From: Pseudodesulfovibrio mercurii
Lineage (GTDB): Bacteria; Desulfobacterota; Desulfovibrionia; Desulfovibrionales; Desulfovibrionaceae
Reading direction: 5' to 3'
Assembly (NCBI RefSeq): GCF_000189295.2
Contig: NC_016803.1
Location: 1,230,001 to 1,262,000, forward strand
DNA length: 32,000 nt
Positions within the stretch are counted from its first letter, which is position 1. Every line of letters starts with the position of its first letter. A program made the position numbers and the translations under genes. Of this stretch, positions 17,445 through 27,000 are shown one piece after another. The notes beneath the pieces are model-generated. The model had not been told where the DNA came from and searched no databases. It saw only the letters and a list, made by a program, of their open reading frames with translations.

Positions 17445-17950
17445 TCACATTGGTGCTCGGCGGCAACAAATCCGGAAAATCCGATTTCGCCCTCGATTTA
17501 TTGGCCCGATGCCCCGGTCCGGCCCTGTTCGTGGCCACGGGCAAGGCACGGGACATGGAATTTCGCGAGCAGATACGCCGACACCGGGTCAGCCGGGGGC
17601 CGGAAATCGAAGTGATGGAAACGGCCGAGGACTTGCCTCAACGGCTTCAAAAGGCTAAATTCTCGTTTCCGGCCATTCTGGTGGACAGCCTGGACTACTG
17701 GTTGTTCGCCTGCGGCGAGGCCGGATGCGAGCCGGACAATGTTGCGGAATTCCTCGGAGTTCTCAACGACTGGGGCTCCACGGACTTGATACTCGTCTCC
17801 TGTGAGACAGGGCTTGGACCGTTGCCCGCAGGCAGTGCGGTCCGGGCCTTCGTGCGGAGCCTCGGCGCGCTCAACCAAGCTGTCGCCGTGCGGGCCGACC
17901 AGGCGTACCTGGTGGCGGCCGGCTTGCCGTTAACCCTGAAACAGGGATAA
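17441..17950 (+). CDS. cobU: Bifunctional adenosylcobinamide kinase / adenosylcobinamide-phosphate guanylyltransferase
   Basis: In the frame of ORF 16709..17950, starting at ATG 17441. MITLVLGGNKSGKS P-loop, FVATG, ILVDSL, and about 169 aa, as expected for CobU/CobP. Confidence 0.85.
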   Translation: MITLVLGGNKSGKSDFALDLLARCPGPALFVATGKARDMEFREQIRRHRVSRGPEIEVMETAEDLPQRLQKAKFSFPAILVDSLDYWLFACGEAGCEPDNVAEFLGVLNDWGSTDLILVSCETGLGPLPAGSAVRAFVRSLGALNQAVAVRADQAYLVAAGLPLTLKQG

Positions 17951-17953
17951 TAC

Positions 17954-18949
17954 GTGGCACTTTTCCGACAACTTGACGACCAGGTCGATCAACTGCTCGG
18001 CCTGTTCAAGAAAGAAGACAACTGGCTGATCGTCATCAACGCCGACCCGGACGCACTGGGCTCGGCGTTGGCCCTCAAACGGATCATGACCCGGCGGGTG
18101 AACGCCGCGGCCATCGCGCAGATCAACGAGATCAAGCGCCCGGACAACCTGTCCATGATCCGCTACTGCCGCATCCCCACCCAGAAGCTCATCCCGAACC
18201 TCGCGGCCCAGTACGACAAATTCGCCCTGGTGGATTCCCAACCCCACCACAACCCCGAATTCAAGCCCTTCCAGTTCACGGTGGTCATCGACCACCACCC
18301 CATCCAGCAGGAGAACCTGGTCAGCGCCGACTTCGTGGACATCCGGCCCAAGTACGGCGCGGTCTGCACCATGATGACCGAGTACCTGTACAACATGAAG
18401 ATCCGCCCGGCCAAGCTGCTGGCCACGGCGCTCATGTACGGCATCCGCTGCGACACCAGGACCTTCGAGCGCGAGTTCATCGACGCGGACATGGCCGCCT
18501 TCAAGTACCTGAGCAAGTTCGCGGACTCCAAGCTGATGAACCGCATCAGCCGCAGCGAATTCCATCTGGACTGGATGCGCTATTTCTCGCGCGCCTTCTA
18601 CAACCTGCGGCGCATCGGCCACGGGCTGTTCGCCCACTGCGGCAACGTGGACAACCCGGACATCCTGGTCATCGTGGCCGACTTCTTCACCCGGGCGCAC
18701 AACGTGGCCTGGGTGGTGGTCTCGGGCACGGCGGACGACAAGCTGGTGTGCATCTTCCGGGGCGACGGGCTCAGGCGCGACATGGGCACCATGGCCCAGA
18801 AAATCATGAACGGGCTCGGCTCGGCGGGCGGGCACAAGCAGGCCGCGCGGGCCGAGGTGGAGCTGTCCGCCCTGGACGGCGTGGACCCGGAAATCTTCAT
18901 GCTCAAGCGCCTCGGGCACGGGCGCAAGTCGCCCATCCGCAGAATCTGA
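17954..18949 (+). CDS. DHH/DHHA1 family phosphoesterase (NrnA-like)
   Basis: ORF 17954..18949 (GTG start, 3 nt after the cobU stop). Motifs NADPDALGS (DxD), VDSQ, VIDHHP (DHH), GIRCDTRTF, and GGHKQAA (the DHHA1 GGH). Confidence 0.85.
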   Translation: MALFRQLDDQVDQLLGLFKKEDNWLIVINADPDALGSALALKRIMTRRVNAAAIAQINEIKRPDNLSMIRYCRIPTQKLIPNLAAQYDKFALVDSQPHHNPEFKPFQFTVVIDHHPIQQENLVSADFVDIRPKYGAVCTMMTEYLYNMKIRPAKLLATALMYGIRCDTRTFEREFIDADMAAFKYLSKFADSKLMNRISRSEFHLDWMRYFSRAFYNLRRIGHGLFAHCGNVDNPDILVIVADFFTRAHNVAWVVVSGTADDKLVCIFRGDGLRRDMGTMAQKIMNGLGSAGGHKQAARAEVELSALDGVDPEIFMLKRLGHGRKSPIRRI

Positions 18950-18964
18950 CTGTCCCAGCGGGCC

Positions 18965-19048
18965 CGATTGCCGCGTTGCCGCGAAAAAATCAGCCCCTCA
19001 CGTATCGCGCCATACGCTTCGGCCCTGATTTTTTCTTGCGCCCTGCAC
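18965..19048 (+). repeat. 84-nt terminator-like structured repeat, copy 1 (also the likely terminator of the DHH gene)
   Basis: Shares the blocks CGATTGC[C/T]GCGTTGC, CCCTC[A/G]CGTA, TACGCTTCGG, TTTTTTC and GCGCC[C/T]TGCAC with 30034-30117. Nested hairpins (18989-18993 with 19025-19029; 19001-19005 with 19012-19016) are followed by T6. Confidence 0.6.
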
Positions 19049-19108
19049 CCGAACCCCCTGGAACAGCCAGCTGTTTTCCTATAAAAAAACGAAAAAAGAG
19101 CGGAACGA

Positions 19109-21775
19109 ATGTCGTTAAAAGAACGCCTCAATTTCGATAAGGACCCGCTGTACCTCATCGACGGTACCGCCCTGCTCTATCGCGCCTTCTACGCCCGCGC
19201 CGACCTGTCGCGCTCGGACGGGTTTCCGACCAACGCCATCAACACGGTCATGCGCGTGCTCATGAACCTGCTCAAGGACGAGGACCCGCTCCACGTGGGC
19301 TTCGTCATGGACGGCAAGGGGCCGACCTTTCGCAACGCGCTGTACGACGGGTACAAGGCCAACCGCCCGGCCATGCCCGAGCCGCTGGTGGAACAGGTGG
19401 AGCCCGTGCGCCGGGGCGTGGGGCTGCTCGGCATCCCGCTGCTCGTGTCCGAGGGCGTGGAGGCGGACGACTGCATATGCTCCCTGGCGGACCGCTACAA
19501 GGCGGAGCGCCCGGTGATCATCCTGGCCACGGACAAGGACATCAAGCAGTGCCTGGACGACCAGGTGGTCATGGTCAGCCAGATGGGCCGCAAGGAGACC
19601 ATCCACACCCTCGATTCCTTCCGCGAGGCCGAGGGCATGGAACCCGCCACCTGGCCGGACTTCCAGGCGGTCATCGGCGACTCGGCGGACAACATCCCCG
19701 GCATCCCCGGCGTCGGCCCGGTGACCGCGCGCAAGATATTCGCCGCCACCGGCCCCACCCTGGAGGAGCTGCGCGACAACCTGGCCTCCCTGCCCGACAA
19801 GCTGCGCGCCAAGGTCGAGCCCGAGCTGGACCAGGTCTTCACCTACCGCCAGCTGACGCGCATGAAGACCAACTGCTGCGAGCAGGCCCTGGATTTCTTC
19901 CGGCTGCAGACGCCGGACCTGTCCGCCCTGAACGGCTATTTCGAGGAATACGAGCTGCGCGGCCTGCAACAGCTCCTGCCCAGGAACACGGCGGCCGCGC
20001 CCAAGGCCCCCCTGGCCGAGACCGTCAAGCAGGCGGCCAAGGCCACGCCCAAAGACGGCATGCTCTCCCTGTTCGGCGACACCATGGCCGCACCGGACAA
20101 GAAGGAGCCGGAGCAGCCGCTGGAGGTCAACGTGGCCGCCACAGTGGACGACCTGCCCGACCTGGGCGGCGAGGACGTGGGCCTGACCTTCGAGGACGAC
20201 GCCTTCTTCCTGGGCGTGAACGGCGCGGAGTACCGCTACGCCGGTCCGGCCGGGGAGCTGGTGCGGGCCGTCCAGCACGCCTCGATCATCGCCACGCCGA
20301 GCGTGCAGGACCTGCTGCGCGCGGACCCGGCGTGGGGCTACATTTTGTCGAGCCAGTGGTTCGACCTCAGCCTGGCCGCCTACCTGCTCGACCCCGAGTC
20401 GCGCAACTACACCTGGGCGCGGCTGCGCCAGTCCATGTTCCAGGACGGCCGCCCGGAGTTCGCCGAGGCCGCGCGCGGGCTGCATCCCCACTCCCAGGGG
20501 CTGGCCGCCCTGGCCTACATGACCGGCATCCGGGGCCAGGTGGAGGGGGCGCACCTGAACACCCTCATGCGCGAGCTGGAAATCCCGCTCATCCCGGTGC
20601 TGGTGGCCATGGAGCGGGCGGGCATCTCCATCGACGACGCGGCCTTCCAGGCGTTCCTCAATGACGTGAATGCGCAGCTGGACGAACTGACCCGGTCCAT
20701 CATCGGGTACGCGGGCGAGGAATTCAACATCCGCTCCAGCCAGCAGCTGGCCGTGGTCCTGTTCGACCAGCTCGGCATCAAGGCCGGGTCCAAGACCTCC
20801 ACGGGGCTGCGCTCGACGGCCAACCAGGTGCTCGAAAAAATCCGCGACCAGCACCCCATCGTGGACGCGGTGCTCGAATTCCGCATGCTCGAAAAGCTGC
20901 GCTCCACCTACCTGGAGCCGCTGCCCAAGATGGTCGGCGAGGACGGCCGCCTGCACACCCATTTCAACCAGCTGTCCACGGCCACGGGCAGGCTGTCGAG
21001 TTCCCAGCCCAACCTCCAGAACATCCCCATCCGGGGGGTGCACGGCCCGCGTATGCGCGCCTGTTTCAACGCGGCCGAGGGCAACATGCTGGCCGCGGCG
21101 GACTATTCGCAGATCGAACTGCGCGTCCTGGCCCACTTCTCCAAGGACCCGGAGCTGATCGACGCCTTCCGGCACGACGAGGACATCCACGCGCGCACGG
21201 CGGCGCTGATCCACGACAAGGACATCTCGGCGGTCACGCCCGACGAACGGCGCGGGGCCAAGACCATCAACTTCGGCCTGATCTACGGCATGGGCGTGCA
21301 GAAGCTTGCCCGCGAGCTTCAGATCAAGCAGACCGAGGCGCAGGAATTCACGGAAAAATACTTCGCCAAGATGGCCACCCTGAAGGCGTACTACGACACG
21401 GTGGTCAAGGACGCGGAGACCCACGGCTTCGTGACCACCCTGGCCGGACGCCGCCGCCTCCTGCCCGAGCTGCATTCCCGCAACAACCAGCTCTCGGCCC
21501 AGGCCCGCCGCCAGGCGGTCAACACGGTCATCCAGGGCTCGGCCGCCGACATCATCAAGATGGCCATGGTCCAGGCCCACAAGGACAAGCGCCTCCGCGA
21601 ACTGGGGGCCCAACTCATCCTCCAGGTCCACGACGAACTGATCATCGAGGCCCCCGAAGCGAACATCAAGGAAGCGGGCGGGCGCCTACTGGAAATCATG
21701 CAGACCGTCGCCAAACTGGACGTCCCGCTCAAGGTGGATATGGGGGTTGGGAAGAATTGGGCGGAAGCGCATTAG
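19109..21775 (+). CDS. polA: DNA polymerase I
   Basis: ORF 19109..21775, 888 aa. 5'-nuclease domain (LIDGTALLYRAFYA, GIPGVGPVTA) and polymerase motifs (DYSQIELRVLA, RRGAKTINFGLIYG, QVHDELI). Confidence 0.97.
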   Translation: MSLKERLNFDKDPLYLIDGTALLYRAFYARADLSRSDGFPTNAINTVMRVLMNLLKDEDPLHVGFVMDGKGPTFRNALYDGYKANRPAMPEPLVEQVEPVRRGVGLLGIPLLVSEGVEADDCICSLADRYKAERPVIILATDKDIKQCLDDQVVMVSQMGRKETIHTLDSFREAEGMEPATWPDFQAVIGDSADNIPGIPGVGPVTARKIFAATGPTLEELRDNLASLPDKLRAKVEPELDQVFTYRQLTRMKTNCCEQALDFFRLQTPDLSALNGYFEEYELRGLQQLLPRNTAAAPKAPLAETVKQAAKATPKDGMLSLFGDTMAAPDKKEPEQPLEVNVAATVDDLPDLGGEDVGLTFEDDAFFLGVNGAEYRYAGPAGELVRAVQHASIIATPSVQDLLRADPAWGYILSSQWFDLSLAAYLLDPESRNYTWARLRQSMFQDGRPEFAEAARGLHPHSQGLAALAYMTGIRGQVEGAHLNTLMRELEIPLIPVLVAMERAGISIDDAAFQAFLNDVNAQLDELTRSIIGYAGEEFNIRSSQQLAVVLFDQLGIKAGSKTSTGLRSTANQVLEKIRDQHPIVDAVLEFRMLEKLRSTYLEPLPKMVGEDGRLHTHFNQLSTATGRLSSSQPNLQNIPIRGVHGPRMRACFNAAEGNMLAAADYSQIELRVLAHFSKDPELIDAFRHDEDIHARTAALIHDKDISAVTPDERRGAKTINFGLIYGMGVQKLARELQIKQTEAQEFTEKYFAKMATLKAYYDTVVKDAETHGFVTTLAGRRRLLPELHSRNNQLSAQARRQAVNTVIQGSAADIIKMAMVQAHKDKRLRELGAQLILQVHDELIIEAPEANIKEAGGRLLEIMQTVAKLDVPLKVDMGVGKNWAEAH

Positions 21776-21837
21776 AACAATTAGGGGGCTTACTCACACT
21801 TTCCCATATAACTAGCCAAAAGGCCCTGACAGCCTAT

Positions 21838-22704
21838 CTATGTGATATTTTTTATTCCGGTAGCCGTTATATGTATTAATGAGCTCTCACCCAAAGCATT
21901 TATTTTGTATTCAGGAAATCCTTTTAAAAACGACCGGTTACAGCTCATCGCATTAACATAGTCACGCATACTCTCAACATCTTTATGAATAGTAAATTGA
22001 ACTATTCTAGATTCTCCTTCATCATCTACTATTTCTAATCCCCCATTCTTAGTTTTTTTATTTAACTTATACACTTGGCATTGTACTTCAATCTCTTCTG
22101 ACCCTTTTCTTTGCTCATCATTAACTTTATACAGTTGACAATTGTTTTCATCGATAGAAAATGAACCTAAAACTCTTTGCGATTCGTCTTCAATATTCTC
22201 AAACAGAATTGAATTGGGACCATTACTTCCAATTTGTTCAGCTAACCCAGTAATATCTTTGCTTAATCTATTAGCCGCCAGTAATACACTATTATTTACT
22301 GTTATTTCGCCGTTGTTAACAACGATCAGATTTGTTGAATTTGGCGAATTATCAATTTCTGGGCTTAACGGTTTACCTGTAAACTTGAAATGCTCAACTG
22401 CAAATTTAATATATTCAAAAGTAGCTGAAAATAACTCCCAAGAGTATGAATTGATAACTGGAGCGATCAAAGCTGCAAATTGAGGTATATCGCATGTGAT
22501 AAGTGTTTCTAACGACCCCTGCTTCAACTTTTCTAAATAAATTTTAGGCTGTGGAAGTCGATATTTTGACGAAGAATACTTTTCGAATGATTTAGTAAGA
22601 CAATAATATGATGTCGTCTCAAGACCACTTAGAAGGCTAATAGTTGCTGATAAAATCGGTTTACCTTCAAAATCTCCGCCCTGAGCATACAATCTGATTC
22701 TCAT
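21838..22704 (-). CDS. Orphan hypothetical protein (288 aa) encoded in the AT-rich islet
   Basis: ORF 21838..22713 trimmed to ATG 22704 (MRIRLYAQGGDFEGKP), with GGTGGG upstream. It is the only long open frame in the islet. No catalytic, nucleotide-binding or TM motif recognised. Confidence 0.7.
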   Translation of the reverse strand: MRIRLYAQGGDFEGKPILSATISLLSGLETTSYYCLTKSFEKYSSSKYRLPQPKIYLEKLKQGSLETLITCDIPQFAALIAPVINSYSWELFSATFEYIKFAVEHFKFTGKPLSPEIDNSPNSTNLIVVNNGEITVNNSVLLAANRLSKDITGLAEQIGSNGPNSILFENIEDESQRVLGSFSIDENNCQLYKVNDEQRKGSEEIEVQCQVYKLNKKTKNGGLEIVDDEGESRIVQFTIHKDVESMRDYVNAMSCNRSFLKGFPEYKINALGESSLIHITATGIKNIT

Positions 22705-22744
22705 AAATCCCACCGTTTTTTAATTTATACGTAGTTGATTTTTA

Positions 22745-22750
22745 ATTATA
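22745..22750 (-). promoter_or_regulatory. Possible -10 box for the orphan gene
   Basis: Perfect TATAAT on the minus strand, about 41 nt upstream of ATG 22704. The AT-rich background makes chance matches likely. Confidence 0.2.
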
Positions 22751-22988
22751 TGTCCAATTAATTTTAAAAACTATGTATAAAAATCTATTTCAGTTATCTC
22801 TCCGTCGGGCCTAGAACTGACGGAACGGCGGAGCAGTTCTTCGAACCTTAGAGAGAGCGGAGCGGGCGACTGTAGCAGAAACGGAACGGTCTGAGCGGAA
22901 GCTAGGAGCGGCTTGCGTAGCCCGCGCAGCGGCTTTCCCGCCCGCGGCCCGGCCTTTCGGGAAGCCGCAGGCTTGCCCTCTTCCGCTT

Positions 22989-23016
22989 CCAAAGAAAAAG
23001 CCCCGCTGGGCGGGGC
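22989..23016 (-). terminator. Rho-independent terminator of the substrate-binding protein gene
   Basis: GCCCCGC (23000-23006) pairs with GCGGGGC (23010-23016). On the minus strand it is followed by CTTTTTCTTTGG. Confidence 0.7.
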
Positions 23017-23082
23017 CTTCCTTTATTCTTCTCTCTTGCTCTTCTCTTTTCATTCTTGCTCGAAGGCGGACCCCGGCGACCG

Positions 23083-23886
23083 CTATTGCCGGACCACGTA
23101 CTTCCCTATGATGTCGTCGATCCGGCCCTCTGCCTGCATCCGCTTGATGACCTCGTTGAACTCGGGCAGCAGGTCGGCACAGGGGCAGGCGCGGCTGATG
23201 AGCAGGTGGAAGGGCATGGCCTCCAGGGAGACGTCCGTTTCCACGATGCGGCCCGCCACCCCGCCGTCCTTGATGAGCGGCCAGGCCGCCAGGGGCCACT
23301 CGATGGCGATGTCGCCCCGGTGGTTGGCCAGCATGAGCCAGACGTTCTTGAGCAGCGGGGAGTCGTAGGTCTTGATGCCCCTTGAGCGGATGTATTTGTC
23401 GTTCCAGCCGTTGCCGTGGTAGGTGACCACCACCAGGGCCAGGCGGTGGATGTCGTCGATGGAGCGGATGGCGCGGATCTCGGCCAGCTTGGGGTGGTCC
23501 ACTGTGGTGAAGACCTTGAGCTGCTTCAGGTAGAAGGGATCGTCGTGGGTGGCCGCGTAGACCAGCCGCTCGGCCGTGGGCACCGTGATCATGGCGTCGG
23601 CCTCGCCGTCCCGGACCAGGGCCTGACAGCGGCTCCACGGATAGGTCCGCCACGTGGACTCGATGCCCAGGCGTTCCAGGGCCTCATGGACGATGTCGTA
23701 GAAGAAACCGGTCATGACCCCTTGGTCGTTCCGGGTGAAGAAGGGCCAGTAGTCGGGATAGACCACCTTCAGCGGCTCGGCCGCCAGGGCTCCCGAAGCG
23801 AAGACCAGCAATGCGGCGGCCAGGCAAAGGGTCGCCCGCATCCGTCCGGCACGGCCGGACAATCTTCGCAAGAAATAGTGGAACAT
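23083..23886 (-). CDS. Periplasmic substrate-binding protein (SBP_bac_3-like, amino-acid ABC/sensor type)
   Basis: ORF 23083..23886. Signal peptide MRATLCLAAALLVFASGALAAEP (ATG 23841 may be the true start). PDYWPFF and YPWSRCQALVRDGEADAMI fit family 3 SBPs. Confidence 0.8.
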   Translation of the reverse strand: MFHYFLRRLSGRAGRMRATLCLAAALLVFASGALAAEPLKVVYPDYWPFFTRNDQGVMTGFFYDIVHEALERLGIESTWRTYPWSRCQALVRDGEADAMITVPTAERLVYAATHDDPFYLKQLKVFTTVDHPKLAEIRAIRSIDDIHRLALVVVTYHGNGWNDKYIRSRGIKTYDSPLLKNVWLMLANHRGDIAIEWPLAAWPLIKDGGVAGRIVETDVSLEAMPFHLLISRACPCADLLPEFNEVIKRMQAEGRIDDIIGKYVVRQ

Positions 23887-23960
23887 GCTGCAACGGTAGC
23901 AGATTTTTACGGTCAGTCAACAAGATACGGCCTCTCGCAACGAGAAAAATCATGCGGATG

Positions 23961-23986
23961 AAAAAGCCGCCCGAAGGCGGCTTTTT
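23961..23986. terminator. Bidirectional intrinsic terminator downstream of RND pump 2
   Basis: AAAAA GCCGCC CGAA GGCGGC TTTTT. Confidence 0.8.
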
Positions 23987-24009
23987 CAAATCCATCCGTC
24001 CATGTCGGA

Positions 24010-27000
24010 CTATTCTTCCTTCTTGTTGGCGATGCCCTCGCTCCGCAGGAACCGGCCGATCCACGAGCCCGCGCCCTGGATGGCGGTATACAGGGACGGG
24101 ACAACGAGCACGCCGAGCACCGTGGCCGCGATCATGCCTCCGAAGACCGAGGTGCCGAGCGCGTGGCGGCTGGCCGAACCGGCGCCCGAGGCCCGGACCA
24201 GGGGGATGACGCCCAGGATGAAGGCGAACGAGGTCATCAGGATGGGCCGGAAGCGCAGAGAGGCCGCGGCCTTGGCCGCATCCAGGATGGACATGCCCGA
24301 GTCGTGCTTGTCCTTGGCGTACTCCACGATCATGATCGCGTTCTTGGCGGCCAGGCCGATGAGCATGACCAGCCCCACCTGGGCGTAGACGTTGTTGTCC
24401 AGCCCGCGCATCCACTGGGCCGACATGGCCCCGAAGATGCCGAGCGGCACGCAGAGGATGACCGCGAACGGCGTGGTCCAGCTCTCGTACTGGGCGGCCA
24501 GGACCAGGAAGACCATGACGATGGCCAGGCCGAAGATAAGCCCGGTCTGGCCCCCGGCGGCCTTCTCCTGGTAGGCGATGGCCGTCCAGTCGTAGCCGTA
24601 CCCGTCGGGCAGGTTCTTTTGGGCCACGTCCTCCATGGCGGCCATGGTCTGGCCCGAGCTATACCCGGCCGGGGTGGCCGCGTTGATCTCCACCGTGCGG
24701 AAAACGTTGTAGCGCTGGATGTACTCCGGGCCGGTGATGCGCTTGGCGTGGCTCAGGGTGGACAGCGGGACCATCTGGCCCGTGTTGGAGCGCATGTAGA
24801 ACCGGTTCAGGTCCTCAAGCCGGGTGCGGAACTGGGACTCGGCCTGGGCCATGACCCGGTAGGTGCGCCCGTACTTGTTGAAGTCGTTGATGTAGTAGCC
24901 GCCGAGGTAGGTCTGCAACGTCTTGAACACGTCGGAGATGGGCACGCCGAGCTTCTTGACCTTGTCGCGGTCGATCTCCACGAAGTACTGCGGCACGCTG
25001 TCGCTGAAGGTGGTGAACAGGTTGGCTATCTCCGGACGCTTGGACGCCTCGGCCATGTACTGCCTGGTCACGGCGGCCAGATCGGACACGGTGTTGCCCG
25101 AACGGTCCTGCAACTCGAACTGGAGCCCGCCCGTGGAGGACAACCCCGGAATGGGCGGCGGCGCAAAGCCCATGACCACCGCCTCCTGGATTCCCCAGAA
25201 CGCCTTCTGCGCCTTGCCCATGATGGACTTGAGGGACAGGTCGGGGGTGGTCCGATCGGCCCAGTCGTCGAGGACCACGAAGACCGCCGAGGTGTACGAG
25301 GAGTACGCCCCGGTCAGGAGGTTGAAGCCGCCGAGCACCACGTAGTTGTGTATGCCCGGCGCGTCCTTGAGGTAGGCCTCGATCTTGCGCATGACCCCGT
25401 CGGACCGCTCCAGGGACGCGCCCTCGGGCAGCGAGGCGTTGATGATGAAATACCCCTGGTCCTCGTCCGGCACGAAGCTGGACGGCAGGATGGCGAACAG
25501 CCCGCCGCAGGCCCCCACAAGCACGGCCACCACGAGCACGCCCATGAAGGCGCGCCGGACCATGGCCGCCACGGCGGCGTTGTAACGCTTCGTGACCCAG
25601 TCGAAGGTGGCGTTGAACTTGTCGAAAAACCAGCCGAGCGGCCCGCGGATGGGCTTGTACGGCCGCAGGATCAGGGCCGACAGGGCGGGCGACAGGGTCA
25701 GGGCGTTGACCGACGAGATGGCCACGGACACGGACAGGGTCAGGGCGAACTGCTTGTACAGCTGGCCGGTGATGCCGCCCATGAAGGCCACGGGGATGAA
25801 CACCGCGATGAGCACCAGCGTGCTGGCGATGACCGGGCCGGTGACCTCGCTCATGGCCTTCTTGGTGGCCTCCTTGGGGGTCATGCCCTCCTCGTCGATG
25901 TTTCGCTGGGTCGCTTCCACCACCACGATGGCGTCGTCGACCACGATGCCGATGGCCAGGACCAGGCCGAACAGGGTCAGTGTGTTGATGGAGAACCCGA
26001 GCATGGGGAACAGGGCGAAGGTGCCGATCAGGGAGACGGGCACGCAGACCATGGGAATGATGGTCGTGCGCCAGTTCTGCAGGAAGATGAAGACCACCAG
26101 GAAGACCAGGATCAGGGCCTCGTACAGGGTGGACATGACCTCTTCGATGGACGAGTTGACGAACCGGGTGGTGTCGTAGGGGATGGAATAGTGGACCCCC
26201 TCCGGGAAGTACCGGGACAGGTCCTCCATGGTCGCCCGCACCTGGCTGGCCACGTCCAGGGCGTTGGACCCGGGCAGCTGGTAGATGAGCATGGAGGCGT
26301 TGGCCTTGCCGTTCAGGCGGGCGAAGGTGAAATAGTTCTTGGCCCCCAGCTCCACCCTGGCCACGTCCCGGATGCGCACGGTGGACCCGTCCGCCTCGGC
26401 CTTGAGGATGATGTTGCCGAACTCCTCGGGATCGGCCAGCCGCCCCTTGACGCGCAGGGTCATCTGGAACTGCTGGTCCTTGGGCGTGGGCGGCATGCCG
26501 ATCTGACCCGCCGGGGCCTGGGTGTTCTGCTCCTCCACCGCGTTGATCACGTCGCTGACCGTCAGGTTGTAGGCGGCCAGCTTGTCCGGGTCGAGCCACA
26601 GGCGCATGCCGTAGTCCAGGTCGCCGAACATGTTCACGTCGCCAACGCCCTCGATGCGCCGGAGCGCGTCGTAGAGGTTGATCTTGCCGTAGTTGTTCAG
26701 GAACAGGGTGTCGTACTCCGGCTTGTCCGAGGTCAGGGAGACGATGAGCACGAATTCCGGCGACTGCTTGAGCACGGAGATGCCGGTGTTGCGCACCTCC
26801 TGGGGCAGCTGGGGTGTGGCCAGGTTGACGCGGTTCTGCACGTCCACGGTGGCCAGCTCCAGGTCGCGGCCCAACTGGAAGGTCACGGTCAGGGACAGGG
26901 AGCCGTCGTTGGCCGAGATGGACTTCATGTACATCATGTCCTGGGCGCCGTTGACCTGCTCCTCGATGGGCGCGGCCACGGACTGCTCCACGGTGGCGGC

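Larger units (their letters stand above)
21776..22800. other. AT-rich islet of foreign composition (~1 kb)
   Basis: Hand counts give 33 G+C in 22201-22300 versus 61 G+C in 21601-21700. The composition change begins right after the polA stop and ends near 22800. Confidence 0.8.

Noticed and set aside
22836-22850. A GGTTCGAAG-like string on the minus strand resembling a tRNA T-arm, as a possible integration-site remnant
   Set aside because: There is no matching acceptor stem or T-stem complement and no other tRNA features, so it is too short to be meaningful.
22771-22992. A 73-aa minus-strand ORF next to the islet as a possible partner gene (for example an antitoxin)
   Set aside because: It has low-complexity Arg/Pro/Ala/Leu sequence and no RBS, and it straddles the AT-rich to GC-rich boundary. 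It is most likely non-coding.
23018-23062. A 45-nt CT-rich tract between the SBP stop and its terminator
   Set aside because: It is low-complexity 3'-UTR sequence. TCTTGCTC occurs twice, but there is no further structure or periodicity.
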